Shown here: in pieces, positions 45,094 through 53,080 of the stretch
How the letters are laid out: each line of letters starts with the position of its first letter
Position numbering within the stretch: the first letter of the stretch is position 1
From: Candidatus Parcubacteria bacterium
GTDB lineage: Bacteria; Patescibacteriota; Minisyncoccia; Phycocordibacterales; UBA918
DNA length: 60,603 bases
Assembly: GCA_021767645.1 (NCBI GenBank)
Contig: JAASSY010000001.1
Location: 1-60,603, forward strand
Direction: 5' to 3'
Program-made: the position numbers and the translations under genes
The notes under the pieces: model-generated
The model's database searches: none
What the model was told of the DNA's origin: nothing
What the model saw: only the letters and a program-made list of their open reading frames with translations

Positions 45094-45888
45094 TTACTTC
45101 AAACGGTAGGTAATCGTCACCGTACTGGTGAACTCATTTTCGCCAGTTGGCACCACGGCCGGAGCCGCCGCATCCATAGCCATAGCTCGCTCTTCCATCG
45201 CGCCGCCAAAACCGTATGGCACCGGGTTGTTACCCTGCTCATTAAAGCCCACTACTGGCCCCAATTTCATGCCAAGATTTTTAGCTAACACTTCTGCTTT
45301 AGCTTGCGCATCAGCAATCGCTGCCGCTCTCGCCTCAGCCATTAGTTCCGCGTCTTCATCAACGGTAAACGATAGCTGCGAAATGTTCGTAGCACCTCGC
45401 TCACCCACACCTGAGATAAGTGCACCGGCTTGGTCGAGGTCTCGCACTTTCACCGTAACGTTTTGGTACACCTCATACCCATCAATCACACGTTCACCCG
45501 GTGGACAGTAGCCATTACCAGCGCAGAGACGCTCCTCGTAGCGATACTTGGGCTGTAGGTTGTAGTTCGCTGTTTCAATATCAGCCTCCGCAACGTCTTG
45601 CTCTTCTAGATACGCCACGATATTACCCATAGCCTCGGTGGCGTTGGCCTGTGCTGTCGCAGCATCTTCCCCTTCAGCGCGCACACCAAAGGTAAAGGTC
45701 CCGATATCAGGAATTGCGGTTACCTCTCCCTCGCCGGTCACATTGACCGTTGCTTCACCGGTATAGGCACCCTGTGCGAGCTTTAGCGTGTGGTAGGTAT
45801 AAGCAGCAGTGCCGGCCAACACACCAACGAGTATCAGTGTCAGCAAAAACTGCACGTGTGGCTTCTGCCAAAAAGATTGCATTTCCAT
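45094..45888 (-). CDS. SIMPL/DUF541-domain protein (periplasmic immunogenic-protein-like)
   Basis: N-terminal TM, then VTGEGEVTAIPDIGTFTFGV..ANYNLQPKY..ISQLSFTVDE, typical of the SIMPL family. Confidence 0.75.
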   Translation of the reverse strand: MEMQSFWQKPHVQFLLTLILVGVLAGTAAYTYHTLKLAQGAYTGEATVNVTGEGEVTAIPDIGTFTFGVRAEGEDAATAQANATEAMGNIVAYLEEQDVAEADIETANYNLQPKYRYEERLCAGNGYCPPGERVIDGYEVYQNVTVKVRDLDQAGALISGVGERGATNISQLSFTVDEDAELMAEARAAAIADAQAKAEVLAKNLGMKLGPVVGFNEQGNNPVPYGFGGAMEERAMAMDAAAPAVVPTGENEFTSTVTITYRLK

Positions 45889-45893
45889 AGTGT

Positions 45894-46835
45894 TTAGTTA
45901 AATGATGTAGTAAAACCAAGATTAATTGTATCCCAAAACGTACGCGCACCGCAAACATCAGCGAAAGCAGCTATATCAGATTCGCTTAACTCCAGATTCG
46001 CTGGCTGCTCACCAATCATAAAGTACATCACCGACTCCGTGCCAGCTACGTGCTCAATTGATAGAGCATGGCCCAGTTCATGCGCCAAGACCAACACCAA
46101 CTCTTCACGATCGGCAAACGTATAAATGTCGATGTTGCCGGTGCTGCGGTAGGTACCTTGAGTGAATTCGCGGTGAGTACTGAAGGTGTCGTTATACTGC
46201 TCCACCTGCTGGTTATAGGACGTAATTAACTCATTCCCTTCTTCGCTCAAGCGGTTGATTTCAGCTACCAGCTCATTGAGCGCTTCGGCCTCCTGATTGA
46301 TGGCCGCGCGAGTAGCGTCCAGCGCTTCTCGCTTGGTTTCTAGCTCCTCAAACACCTCCGGTGGTGCCCCACCGGTTTCGTTGTACTCAGCGACCTGCTC
46401 GTTAAACGCCGCCAGGTCAGCTTCGTAGGCTGCCACTGTCCGCTCGTGCGCTACCTGACGATCGTTGTACCTAGCAATCAATTCATCGTACCGCGACTGT
46501 AGCTGATCATTAACGTTTGCTGTTGTATTAAGGCGATTACGTTCTGCCATCTCTGCGTCTGTCAGTGCTTGACGTTCATCGTAGAGAAAATTAATGGTGA
46601 GATCTGCGTTCTCTTCGTAAGTGAAGAGGTTTTGTCCAGTCGCATCCTCCCAAACACTCTCAGCTTCAGCGATAGCTAGTTTTGCATCGTCCAACGTCAG
46701 ACCAAACCGTTCATCGAGCTCTCCTACCTCATAAGTAATCGGCACTGGACAGATAGCCTGCGCCACGTAGTAAAAATACCCGAGCGTGATCGCTATGGTA
46801 AGCAATAGACTGACGATGAAGCGGAGTCGCAACAT
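45894..46835 (-). CDS. Membrane-anchored metzincin (matrixin-like) zinc protease with coiled-coil insert
   Basis: HELGHALSIEH (HExxHxxxxxH) followed by a Met-turn (ESVMYF). Long helical, Q/E/A-rich central segment. ATG at 46835 (MLRLRF.. signal anchor). Confidence 0.7.
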   Translation of the reverse strand: MLRLRFIVSLLLTIAITLGYFYYVAQAICPVPITYEVGELDERFGLTLDDAKLAIAEAESVWEDATGQNLFTYEENADLTINFLYDERQALTDAEMAERNRLNTTANVNDQLQSRYDELIARYNDRQVAHERTVAAYEADLAAFNEQVAEYNETGGAPPEVFEELETKREALDATRAAINQEAEALNELVAEINRLSEEGNELITSYNQQVEQYNDTFSTHREFTQGTYRSTGNIDIYTFADREELVLVLAHELGHALSIEHVAGTESVMYFMIGEQPANLELSESDIAAFADVCGARTFWDTINLGFTTSFN

Positions 46836-46941
46836 AGTAAGTCTATGGTAGCAAGGAGTGATGGGCTTGGAAAGATTACTCTTGCTACCCAGCACGACTA
46901 TTTTTATGCTAGCTTATGTAAAGACAAGGAGAAGATACACG

Positions 46942-47160
46942 ATGAATGGAGAACGTTGTTACCACTGTGGTGCCACAGAAACCGCTCACGACCTGGGACT
47001 GACTGATTGCGCAAACTTCGTCTCCAAAGAGCAGCACGCCCTCAACTGCCCCGGTGCAGCGGGTGGTTGCTTCGGCAGTCTGTTTTGTGAACAAACGTTG
47101 GCGAGCGCCACAGCAGACCGAGCACCTACCACTTCACCGCAGCTGTGGTTTAACTACTAG
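46942..47160 (+). CDS. Small Cys-rich hypothetical protein (72 aa)
   Basis: AAGGAG SD lies before the ATG at 46942. Contains CYHC..C..C..C. Followed by the terminator at 47176-47203. Confidence 0.5.
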   Translation: MNGERCYHCGATETAHDLGLTDCANFVSKEQHALNCPGAAGGCFGSLFCEQTLASATADRAPTTSPQLWFNY

Positions 47161-47175
47161 CGCTCTACTCGACCA

Positions 47176-47203
47176 AAAAGCCCCGTCTCAAGGCGGGGCT
47201 TTT
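47176..47203 (+). terminator. Rho-independent terminator
   Basis: AAAGCCCCG-tctcaagg-CGGGGCTTTT. Confidence 0.75.
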
Positions 47204-47214
47204 ACTATAAGTAA

Positions 47215-47270
47215 AGCGGCGGTGAGCGGGGACTCCGTGTCGCGTCACGTCGTCCCGGCTCACCGCCGCT
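47215..47270. other. Long composite hairpin (13+5+4 bp)
   Basis: AGCGGCGGTGAGC (47215-47227) pairs with GCTCACCGCCGCT (47258-47270). Inner pairings are GGGAC/GTCCC and CGTG/CACG. Confidence 0.65.
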
Positions 47271-47393
47271 TCCAATACATACAATATAGCACGTAGTACA
47301 TTGCCAAAGGAACATTATCCACTACCCACACTGTGCAGCACTGGTGGTATTTATGAAAAGTTATAGTAGCATCAAGTTTGGGAGGTACCCATA

Positions 47394-47756
47394 ATGAAAC
47401 CTGATGATCTTTTTTACACCAGCCAAAACTGGCATGATGATAGACACATTGAAGCTCACCGTCGCTGGTTTGCAGCAGCCATACGTAGTCACTTTCCACC
47501 GGGAATGATAGTGACGATTGACTTTGGCTCTAACCAGTTATGGAGCATTGGTGACCCTTCACTACGAGACTGTCTGGATAAATTTGCGAACCAGTTACCG
47601 CCAGTCGAATTACCATTACGCATACACACTCGCGGCGGCACTGTCTTCTTTTTTATCCGGGCAATACCGACACGTCACAATCCTGGTCCTCGTGATTTTC
47701 GGTGTCATGTGGAAGTTGAACTAGACGAATCAACCACACCAACAAACTGTTGGTAA
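47394..47756 (+). CDS. Hypothetical protein (120 aa)
   Basis: GGGAGG lies upstream of the ATG. No recognisable domain. Confidence 0.5.
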   Translation: MKPDDLFYTSQNWHDDRHIEAHRRWFAAAIRSHFPPGMIVTIDFGSNQLWSIGDPSLRDCLDKFANQLPPVELPLRIHTRGGTVFFFIRAIPTRHNPGPRDFRCHVEVELDESTTPTNCW

Positions 47757-47759
47757 AAA

Positions 47760-47784
47760 CAGCGCAGCCCACAGGGCTGCGCTG
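47760..47784 (-). terminator. Terminator shared by convergent genes (T-tract on the - strand)
   Basis: CAGCGCAGCCC-aca-GGGCTGCGCTG. On the - strand it is followed by TTTTTAC. Confidence 0.7.
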
Positions 47785-47805
47785 TAACTGCTATAAAGGC
47801 TGCGC

Positions 47806-48195
47806 TTACGCAACAATCTCTTGGCCAGCCTCTTCACCGGCCGAAATATCGTAGACGTTCGTTGGTGATAGAACTAGTACACCAGACAACGTCCGTTCAG
47901 GAAACCGCTCGAGCATTTTCGTCTTAGCCTGGGTATATAACTCACCTTTGGTCACGTATTCAGCCGTCGCTTTCACCTGCACACCCGCCAGACCAGTCCA
48001 GCACGTTAGCGCCACTTCGGGTGTAGCCCTCACATTTTCTACTGTTTTTCCCATGAAGAAGTCGTAGAGATATATCGCTTCATCCGTCACCTCCACAACT
48101 GATACTGGTACACAATTCACCCCATGCGGTCCGGTGGTCGCCAAAGCCCGAGCTTCAGCGCCAGTAATACTATCCGCGATTGCCTGGTTCAACAT
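47806..48195 (-). CDS. Pyridoxamine 5'-phosphate oxidase-like FMN-binding split-barrel protein
   Basis: 129 aa starting at the ATG at 48195. ..ALATTGPHGVNCVPVSVVEV..IYLYDFFMGKTVEN fits the PNPOx-like family. Confidence 0.5.
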   Translation of the reverse strand: MLNQAIADSITGAEARALATTGPHGVNCVPVSVVEVTDEAIYLYDFFMGKTVENVRATPEVALTCWTGLAGVQVKATAEYVTKGELYTQAKTKMLERFPERTLSGVLVLSPTNVYDISAGEEAGQEIVA

Positions 48196-48258
48196 ACTCT
48201 TATTTATGATTACAACACCCCTGCGCATATACACGTGAGTGTCATACTTATACCGCTG

Positions 48259-49950
48259 CTAGTCTTCCTCTTTCTTAATCAACTTCTGCCGGGTCAGCTC
48301 TTGGGCTGCGTTCATGCTGTGTTGGTAGTAGAGCGCTTTCACACCACTCTCCCACGCTTGCAGGTAGAGCTGGTTGATATCTTTAATCGGTGTGCTCGGC
48401 GGCACCATGACGTTTAGTGACTGACCTTGGTCGATGTACTGCTGCCGGTCCGCAGCTTGTTCGATCACCACACTCTGATCAACTTCTGCAAACGTCCGGA
48501 AGACATCCTTCTCTTCATCGGTCAAGAAGTCAAGGTGTTGCACCGAGCCGTCGTTGTCGCGAATATCACGCCAGACATCTTTTTCGTTTTTTCCTTTCTC
48601 CTCGAGCAGTTCTAGCAGGAACGGGTTCTTGATCGTCACCTTCAGCTTCGCCACATCTTTCACGTAACAGTTACTCCACACCGGCTCGATCCCCTGCGAC
48701 ACCTGGCCGAGAATGAAGGCAGATGAAGTCGTCGGCGCTACCGCCATAGTGGTGGTGTTACGCATGCCGTACCCCTCGAGTACTTTTGGTTCACCGTACT
48801 CTTTTGCCATCGCCTGACTCGCGGCGTGTGACTTCTCTTGCATGGTTTTAAAGACGTCTTTGTTTAGCTGCTTGGCTTCCTCGCTGGCAAACGGCAACAT
48901 CTTCGACTGTAGGAGTGAGTGCCACCCGAGGACACCGAGACCAAGCGCACGGTTTTCATTCGCAAAGTTATACGCCCGCTCCATAAACCGAAACGCGAGC
49001 TGTTCTTCTTTGTCATCAGAGTCCCGCAGAGCTTCAAGCTTCGTACAAAACTCACTCATCACAGCGTCAAGGAAATACGTCATCGTCTCTACGAGGTCAG
49101 TATCTTTCCAGTCGTCGTAGAAGAGTACGTTAAGTGACGACAGACAGCATACGAACGACCACTCTTCGTTACTCGGCAGCATAATCTCACTACACAGGTT
49201 CGAGGCGACAATGTCGAGCCCTTTGTCTTTGTAGACTTGTGGCTTTTGCTCGTTCGCGTTATCGATGAAGATGATGTACGGGTACCCCATTTCCCCCCGT
49301 CGCTGGATAACCCGCGCCCAGATAGCGCGCTTTTCTTCATCGCCTGCCTTCATCGACTCGAGCCACTCACTGGTCACCGTCACGCCGTGGGTCATGGTCT
49401 GGATCGGATTACCCTCAGTACCAATATCGAGAAACTCGAGAATGTCTGGGTGCTCAATCGGCAAGTACGGACTGAAGCTACCACGACGCACCTTCCCTTG
49501 TGAGACGACGTCAACCATCGTTTCAAACAGCTGCATAAATGTAACCGGGCCGTTGCTGGTGCCATTATCACCAATCGGCGCCCCTCGTTCACGCAAAGCC
49601 CCAAAGTAACCAGAGGTGCCGCCACCGTACTTACTCATCATACTGGCTTCAGCGTGTGTATGGAGAATGCTCCCCATGTCGTCAGCTAAATACGAACCAA
49701 AGCAGCTGATCGGCAATCCGCGGTCGGTACCGAAGTTGGCCCACACCGGCGATGCCAATGAGATCCAGCCTTTACTCATGTAATCAACAAACTTGTCGGC
49801 AAAGCCGTCTTTTTGCAGAATCTTTTCCGCAGTCTCACCGATAACGCGAATACGGTCTTCTGCTGTCTGTCCTTCGGTCAAGTAGCCTCGGGCGAGGAAG
49901 GCTTGGCTGTTTTCGTTCAACCAAAACCATGGTTCTTGTCGATTCGTCAT
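48259..49950 (-). CDS. nrdA: Ribonucleoside-diphosphate reductase alpha subunit, short form lacking ATP-cone
   Basis: 563 aa. Active-site NLCSEIMLPSN and a GGGTSGYF-type loop. No VxKRDG ATP-cone motif at the N-terminus. Confidence 0.9.
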   Translation of the reverse strand: MTNRQEPWFWLNENSQAFLARGYLTEGQTAEDRIRVIGETAEKILQKDGFADKFVDYMSKGWISLASPVWANFGTDRGLPISCFGSYLADDMGSILHTHAEASMMSKYGGGTSGYFGALRERGAPIGDNGTSNGPVTFMQLFETMVDVVSQGKVRRGSFSPYLPIEHPDILEFLDIGTEGNPIQTMTHGVTVTSEWLESMKAGDEEKRAIWARVIQRRGEMGYPYIIFIDNANEQKPQVYKDKGLDIVASNLCSEIMLPSNEEWSFVCCLSSLNVLFYDDWKDTDLVETMTYFLDAVMSEFCTKLEALRDSDDKEEQLAFRFMERAYNFANENRALGLGVLGWHSLLQSKMLPFASEEAKQLNKDVFKTMQEKSHAASQAMAKEYGEPKVLEGYGMRNTTTMAVAPTTSSAFILGQVSQGIEPVWSNCYVKDVAKLKVTIKNPFLLELLEEKGKNEKDVWRDIRDNDGSVQHLDFLTDEEKDVFRTFAEVDQSVVIEQAADRQQYIDQGQSLNVMVPPSTPIKDINQLYLQAWESGVKALYYQHSMNAAQELTRQKLIKKEED

Positions 49951-50023
49951 AGTAGGTGTCTGTCGTTAGGTGTGGAGAGGTGGTAAGTAAGGTTGTGTGT
50001 CGGTTTGTGCGTCGTACTGATGT

Positions 50024-51337
50024 TTAGAAGAGGTCAGCACTTGTCACACTACTGCTGCGCTTATTGTAGTTGATAGAGCGCTTTTGGAAGAAGTCGACAT
50101 GCTTGGTAGCAATCACCTCTTCGTCAAACCAGTCGGTTTCTTCAACCAGTGCTTCGTCAACCTCGAAGATTGGCTGGTAACCAATGCTCTTGAGTGAGTT
50201 GTTCATACGACTCTTCACAAACTCTTTGACTGTAGCAGCTGGCATGAAATCAAGTTCACCCGCTTCGAAGATCCAGTCGATGATTCCCTCTTCGGCTTCG
50301 TAGGCCTTGCGGCACAATTCTTCGACTTTTTCTTGCTGTGCTTCGTCAAACCACTCTGGGTGCTCTTTACGGATGATGTTGATGAGGTCGATACCAAACA
50401 GACCGTGGATCTGCTCTTCCTTTGACGTCGCTTCAACCGCGTTACTAATACCCTTAAACAAGTTCTTGTGCTTGTTGAAGCTCATCATAATGAGGAACTG
50501 TGAGAAAAGCGACACGTGCTCAACAAAGAGTGAGAACAAGAGGACTGACTCAGTAAACTCACGGTTCTCTTCAGTACGTGAGAGCGAAATAACTTCATTT
50601 AAGTACTCGATACGCTTGGCGATAACGGGTACTTCTGTCAGGTGTTCAAACTCTTCATTGAGACCAAGGATTTCTAAGAGGTGTGAGTACGCGTCCATGT
50701 GCCGCACTTCACTATCGGCGAAGGTAAAGCCCACCGCACCGATCTCCGGTTTTGGCATTTTGTTGTAGAGGTTGCCCCAGAAGGTTTTGACTGCTACCTC
50801 AATCTGAGCAATCGCGAGCATCGTCTTTTTGATAGCGTCTCGCTCGTGGTCTGAGATGTTGACCTTAAAGTCATTGACGTCACTGGTGAAATTGAATTCA
50901 GTATGAATCCAGTAGGAGTGCCGAACAGCGTCTACGTATTGGGCGAGCTCTGGATACTCGTATGGCTTGAGGTTGGTGCGCTTTTTAAAGAGGTCGCGCT
51001 CCCGCATCTTCTTACGCTCGTTACGGTACAAGATGTACGCCTTGGCAGTCGTAAAGAAGTCGAGCTCCATGAGCACCTTCTCCACAATATCTTGCATCTC
51101 TTCCACTGTTGGGTGTCCGTCGACGCATTTTTGCGCCAATTCGCTACCAGACTCAGCAGTGTTTGCTTGAACACACATCGCGACTGTCTGTTCGTGAACC
51201 TTGGCCGCAACGTCCTCCGCTGCTTCCAGACTACCTTCACCAGTTTCCTGGAAGGCTTTATAAACCGCGTTGGTGATCTTTGAGAGGTCGAACTCTTGGA
51301 TCGAACCATCGCGCTTACGAACTCGGTTGATTTCCAT
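50024..51337 (-). CDS. nrdB: Ribonucleotide reductase beta subunit with N-terminal ATP-cone
   Basis: N-terminal VRKRDGSIQEFDLSKITNAV..AKAYILYRNERKKMRE (ATP-cone), followed by the ferritin-like R2 core with ExxH motifs (SEVRH, EEQIH). Confidence 0.9.
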   Translation of the reverse strand: MEINRVRKRDGSIQEFDLSKITNAVYKAFQETGEGSLEAAEDVAAKVHEQTVAMCVQANTAESGSELAQKCVDGHPTVEEMQDIVEKVLMELDFFTTAKAYILYRNERKKMRERDLFKKRTNLKPYEYPELAQYVDAVRHSYWIHTEFNFTSDVNDFKVNISDHERDAIKKTMLAIAQIEVAVKTFWGNLYNKMPKPEIGAVGFTFADSEVRHMDAYSHLLEILGLNEEFEHLTEVPVIAKRIEYLNEVISLSRTEENREFTESVLLFSLFVEHVSLFSQFLIMMSFNKHKNLFKGISNAVEATSKEEQIHGLFGIDLINIIRKEHPEWFDEAQQEKVEELCRKAYEAEEGIIDWIFEAGELDFMPAATVKEFVKSRMNNSLKSIGYQPIFEVDEALVEETDWFDEEVIATKHVDFFQKRSINYNKRSSSVTSADLF

Positions 51338-51470
51338 AATAAGGGTTCATCACAATTTAATTTACTAAGACCGTCATCGCAGTCATACGTGAGTGGTGGT
51401 GGGCTGTTCGCTGCGTCGTGTAGAGTGACGAAGCGCAATCAGGTATGGGTACGATACGGATTTTAAGAGC

Positions 51471-51525
51471 GTAAGATACACAACCATGCAGTTACGCATG
51501 GCGCTTGATTAAGCGCGTGTCTTAC
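51471..51525. other. Candidate three-way-junction RNA structure upstream of nrdB
   Basis: GTAAGATAC/GTGTCTTAC closes two hairpins (CCATGC-agttac-GCATGG and CGCTT-gatt-AAGCG). Strand and function are unknown. Confidence 0.3.
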
Positions 51526-51836
51526 CTCCGACACACTCGCGTGGAGAAGATTGCTCCGAGTGGTAGTTTCATCATAAAACGCTCAGTGGATTTGTGGAGT
51601 ACCTTATCCCCAGTTAGAGCGGGTACAACTCCTGTGGATAGAAAGTGGATACAATATAAGCCCTGTTTACGGTCTTTTTCGTCACCCGAGCGTACTAGTA
51701 GAAAATGAAAATACTCCAGCGCAAGTCTTTACAACCCGCCCTTCCCTATGCGGAGTACAGCTGGTAAGACTTGCGGTTACAGCATAACCGTTTATAGTGG
51801 TGCCAGACTTAGCTCATCAGAAAGGAAATTCCTCTC

Positions 51837-52457
51837 ATGGCAGACGATGCAACACTATCGTGGGCTGCCGGCACACCGCTCGTGCACTACTACCACGGTG
51901 CCGGCTACGTCATCCAAACCGAATCGCTTACCATCAACGGCACTACTGAAACGTATCTGCACCTTCAGTTACTCGACAGTAGTACCATCAGAATCCCGGC
52001 AGCTAAAGCGGCCGAGGTACTGCGGCAACCAGCCGTCAACAATGACGTATACCGTCGGCTGGTAAATATCTTGAAAAATAGCGATCGACCGGTCGGGAAA
52101 AAGTGGCACGAAATACAACGAGATACTCACGACAGACTACGTACCGGGAAACTTGAAGAAATTGCGAAAGCTGTCCGGGACATGCTCCCCAGCAATGTAC
52201 CGGAGTCAAATGCCCTATTGCGTCAGGCACTGCGCCGACTACTCGGAGAAGTGGCTCTCAGTCGAGGCATCTCTCCCCCTGAAGCTGCTCGGGAACTGGC
52301 TGAAGCAACTGGACAGCGTATCGTCTGGCCTAAAAGTCGTTTTGATATGCTGGAGTACACCAGCTCTGATCGAGTACGCCAAGCGGCAGCACAGCGGAAA
52401 AATAAAGAGCTTGAACAGGCTGCCACAGCAGTACTTGAGGCTCTCAAACAGCAGTAG
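51837..52457 (+). CDS. carD: CarD/CdnL-family RNA polymerase-binding regulator
   Basis: N-terminal Tudor-like segment (VHYYHGAGYVIQTESLTINGTTETYLHLQL..IRIPAAKA) and a helical C-terminal domain. Confidence 0.6.
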   Translation: MADDATLSWAAGTPLVHYYHGAGYVIQTESLTINGTTETYLHLQLLDSSTIRIPAAKAAEVLRQPAVNNDVYRRLVNILKNSDRPVGKKWHEIQRDTHDRLRTGKLEEIAKAVRDMLPSNVPESNALLRQALRRLLGEVALSRGISPPEAARELAEATGQRIVWPKSRFDMLEYTSSDRVRQAAAQRKNKELEQAATAVLEALKQQ

Positions 52458-52462
52458 CGAAA

Positions 52463-52489
52463 AGCCGCCGGACTATATGTCCGGCGGCT
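52463..52489. terminator. Hairpin between convergent carD-like gene and mscL
   Basis: AGCCGCCGGAC-tatat-GTCCGGCGGCT. Confidence 0.65.
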
Positions 52490-52509
52490 CTTACGTTACA
52501 ACCTGTTAC

Positions 52510-52902
52510 CTAACGACGCAGATTGTCTCGGATTTCCCGCAACAACTTCACTTCTTCGCTTGGTTCTGGTGGAGTCTCTGGCGCCTCCTCTTCTTCCTTA
52601 GCCACGAGACCTTGTGCTCGGTTAATACCCTTGATAACCATAAAGATCACGAGGGCCACGATCAGGAAGTCGATAATTGCTTGGAGAAACGCTCCATATG
52701 TTACAACCGCGTCACCAACGGTGTATGACAAGCCGGCAAAACTCACCCCACCCATCGCCAAACCAATCAATGGAGTGATGATATTCGTTACGAGCGCTGA
52801 CACAATCTTGCCAAACGCTGCACCGATCACTACTGCAACCGCGAGATCGATGACATTGCCTTTCATAGCGAAGGCTTTAAACTCAGCAATAAAATTACTC
52901 AT
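52510..52902 (-). CDS. mscL: Large-conductance mechanosensitive channel
   Basis: EFKAFAMKGNVIDLAVAVVIGAAFGKIVSALV.., 130 aa. Confidence 0.95.
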   Translation of the reverse strand: MSNFIAEFKAFAMKGNVIDLAVAVVIGAAFGKIVSALVTNIITPLIGLAMGGVSFAGLSYTVGDAVVTYGAFLQAIIDFLIVALVIFMVIKGINRAQGLVAKEEEEAPETPPEPSEEVKLLREIRDNLRR

Positions 52903-52990
52903 ATATATAATGTGTTATGGATAACGTAGTTGTAGTATAGCGCTTTTTGCGGCGCTTTCGTATTACGTAATACCCAGCACAGGTCGTCAA

Positions 52991-53080
52991 CTACCAAATC
53001 AGATGCGCGATAAAGAAGCCTAGGCCAGCACCAAAGAGAAATACGAAGAACAATGTTACCTTGAGTCCCTCATCATCCAT
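52991..53080 (-). CDS. Possible 29-aa hydrophobic peptide (not in ORF track)
   Basis: Hand translation gives MDDEGLKVTLFFVFLFGAGLGFFIAHLIW. No clear SD, so this is weak. Confidence 0.2.
   Translation of the reverse strand: MDDEGLKVTLFFVFLFGAGLGFFIAHLIW

Noticed and set aside
51748-52728. Alternative-frame ORFs 51748-52065 and 52153-52728 (+).
   Set aside because: They overlap the better-supported carD-like gene and run antisense across the terminator and mscL. No homology was recognised.
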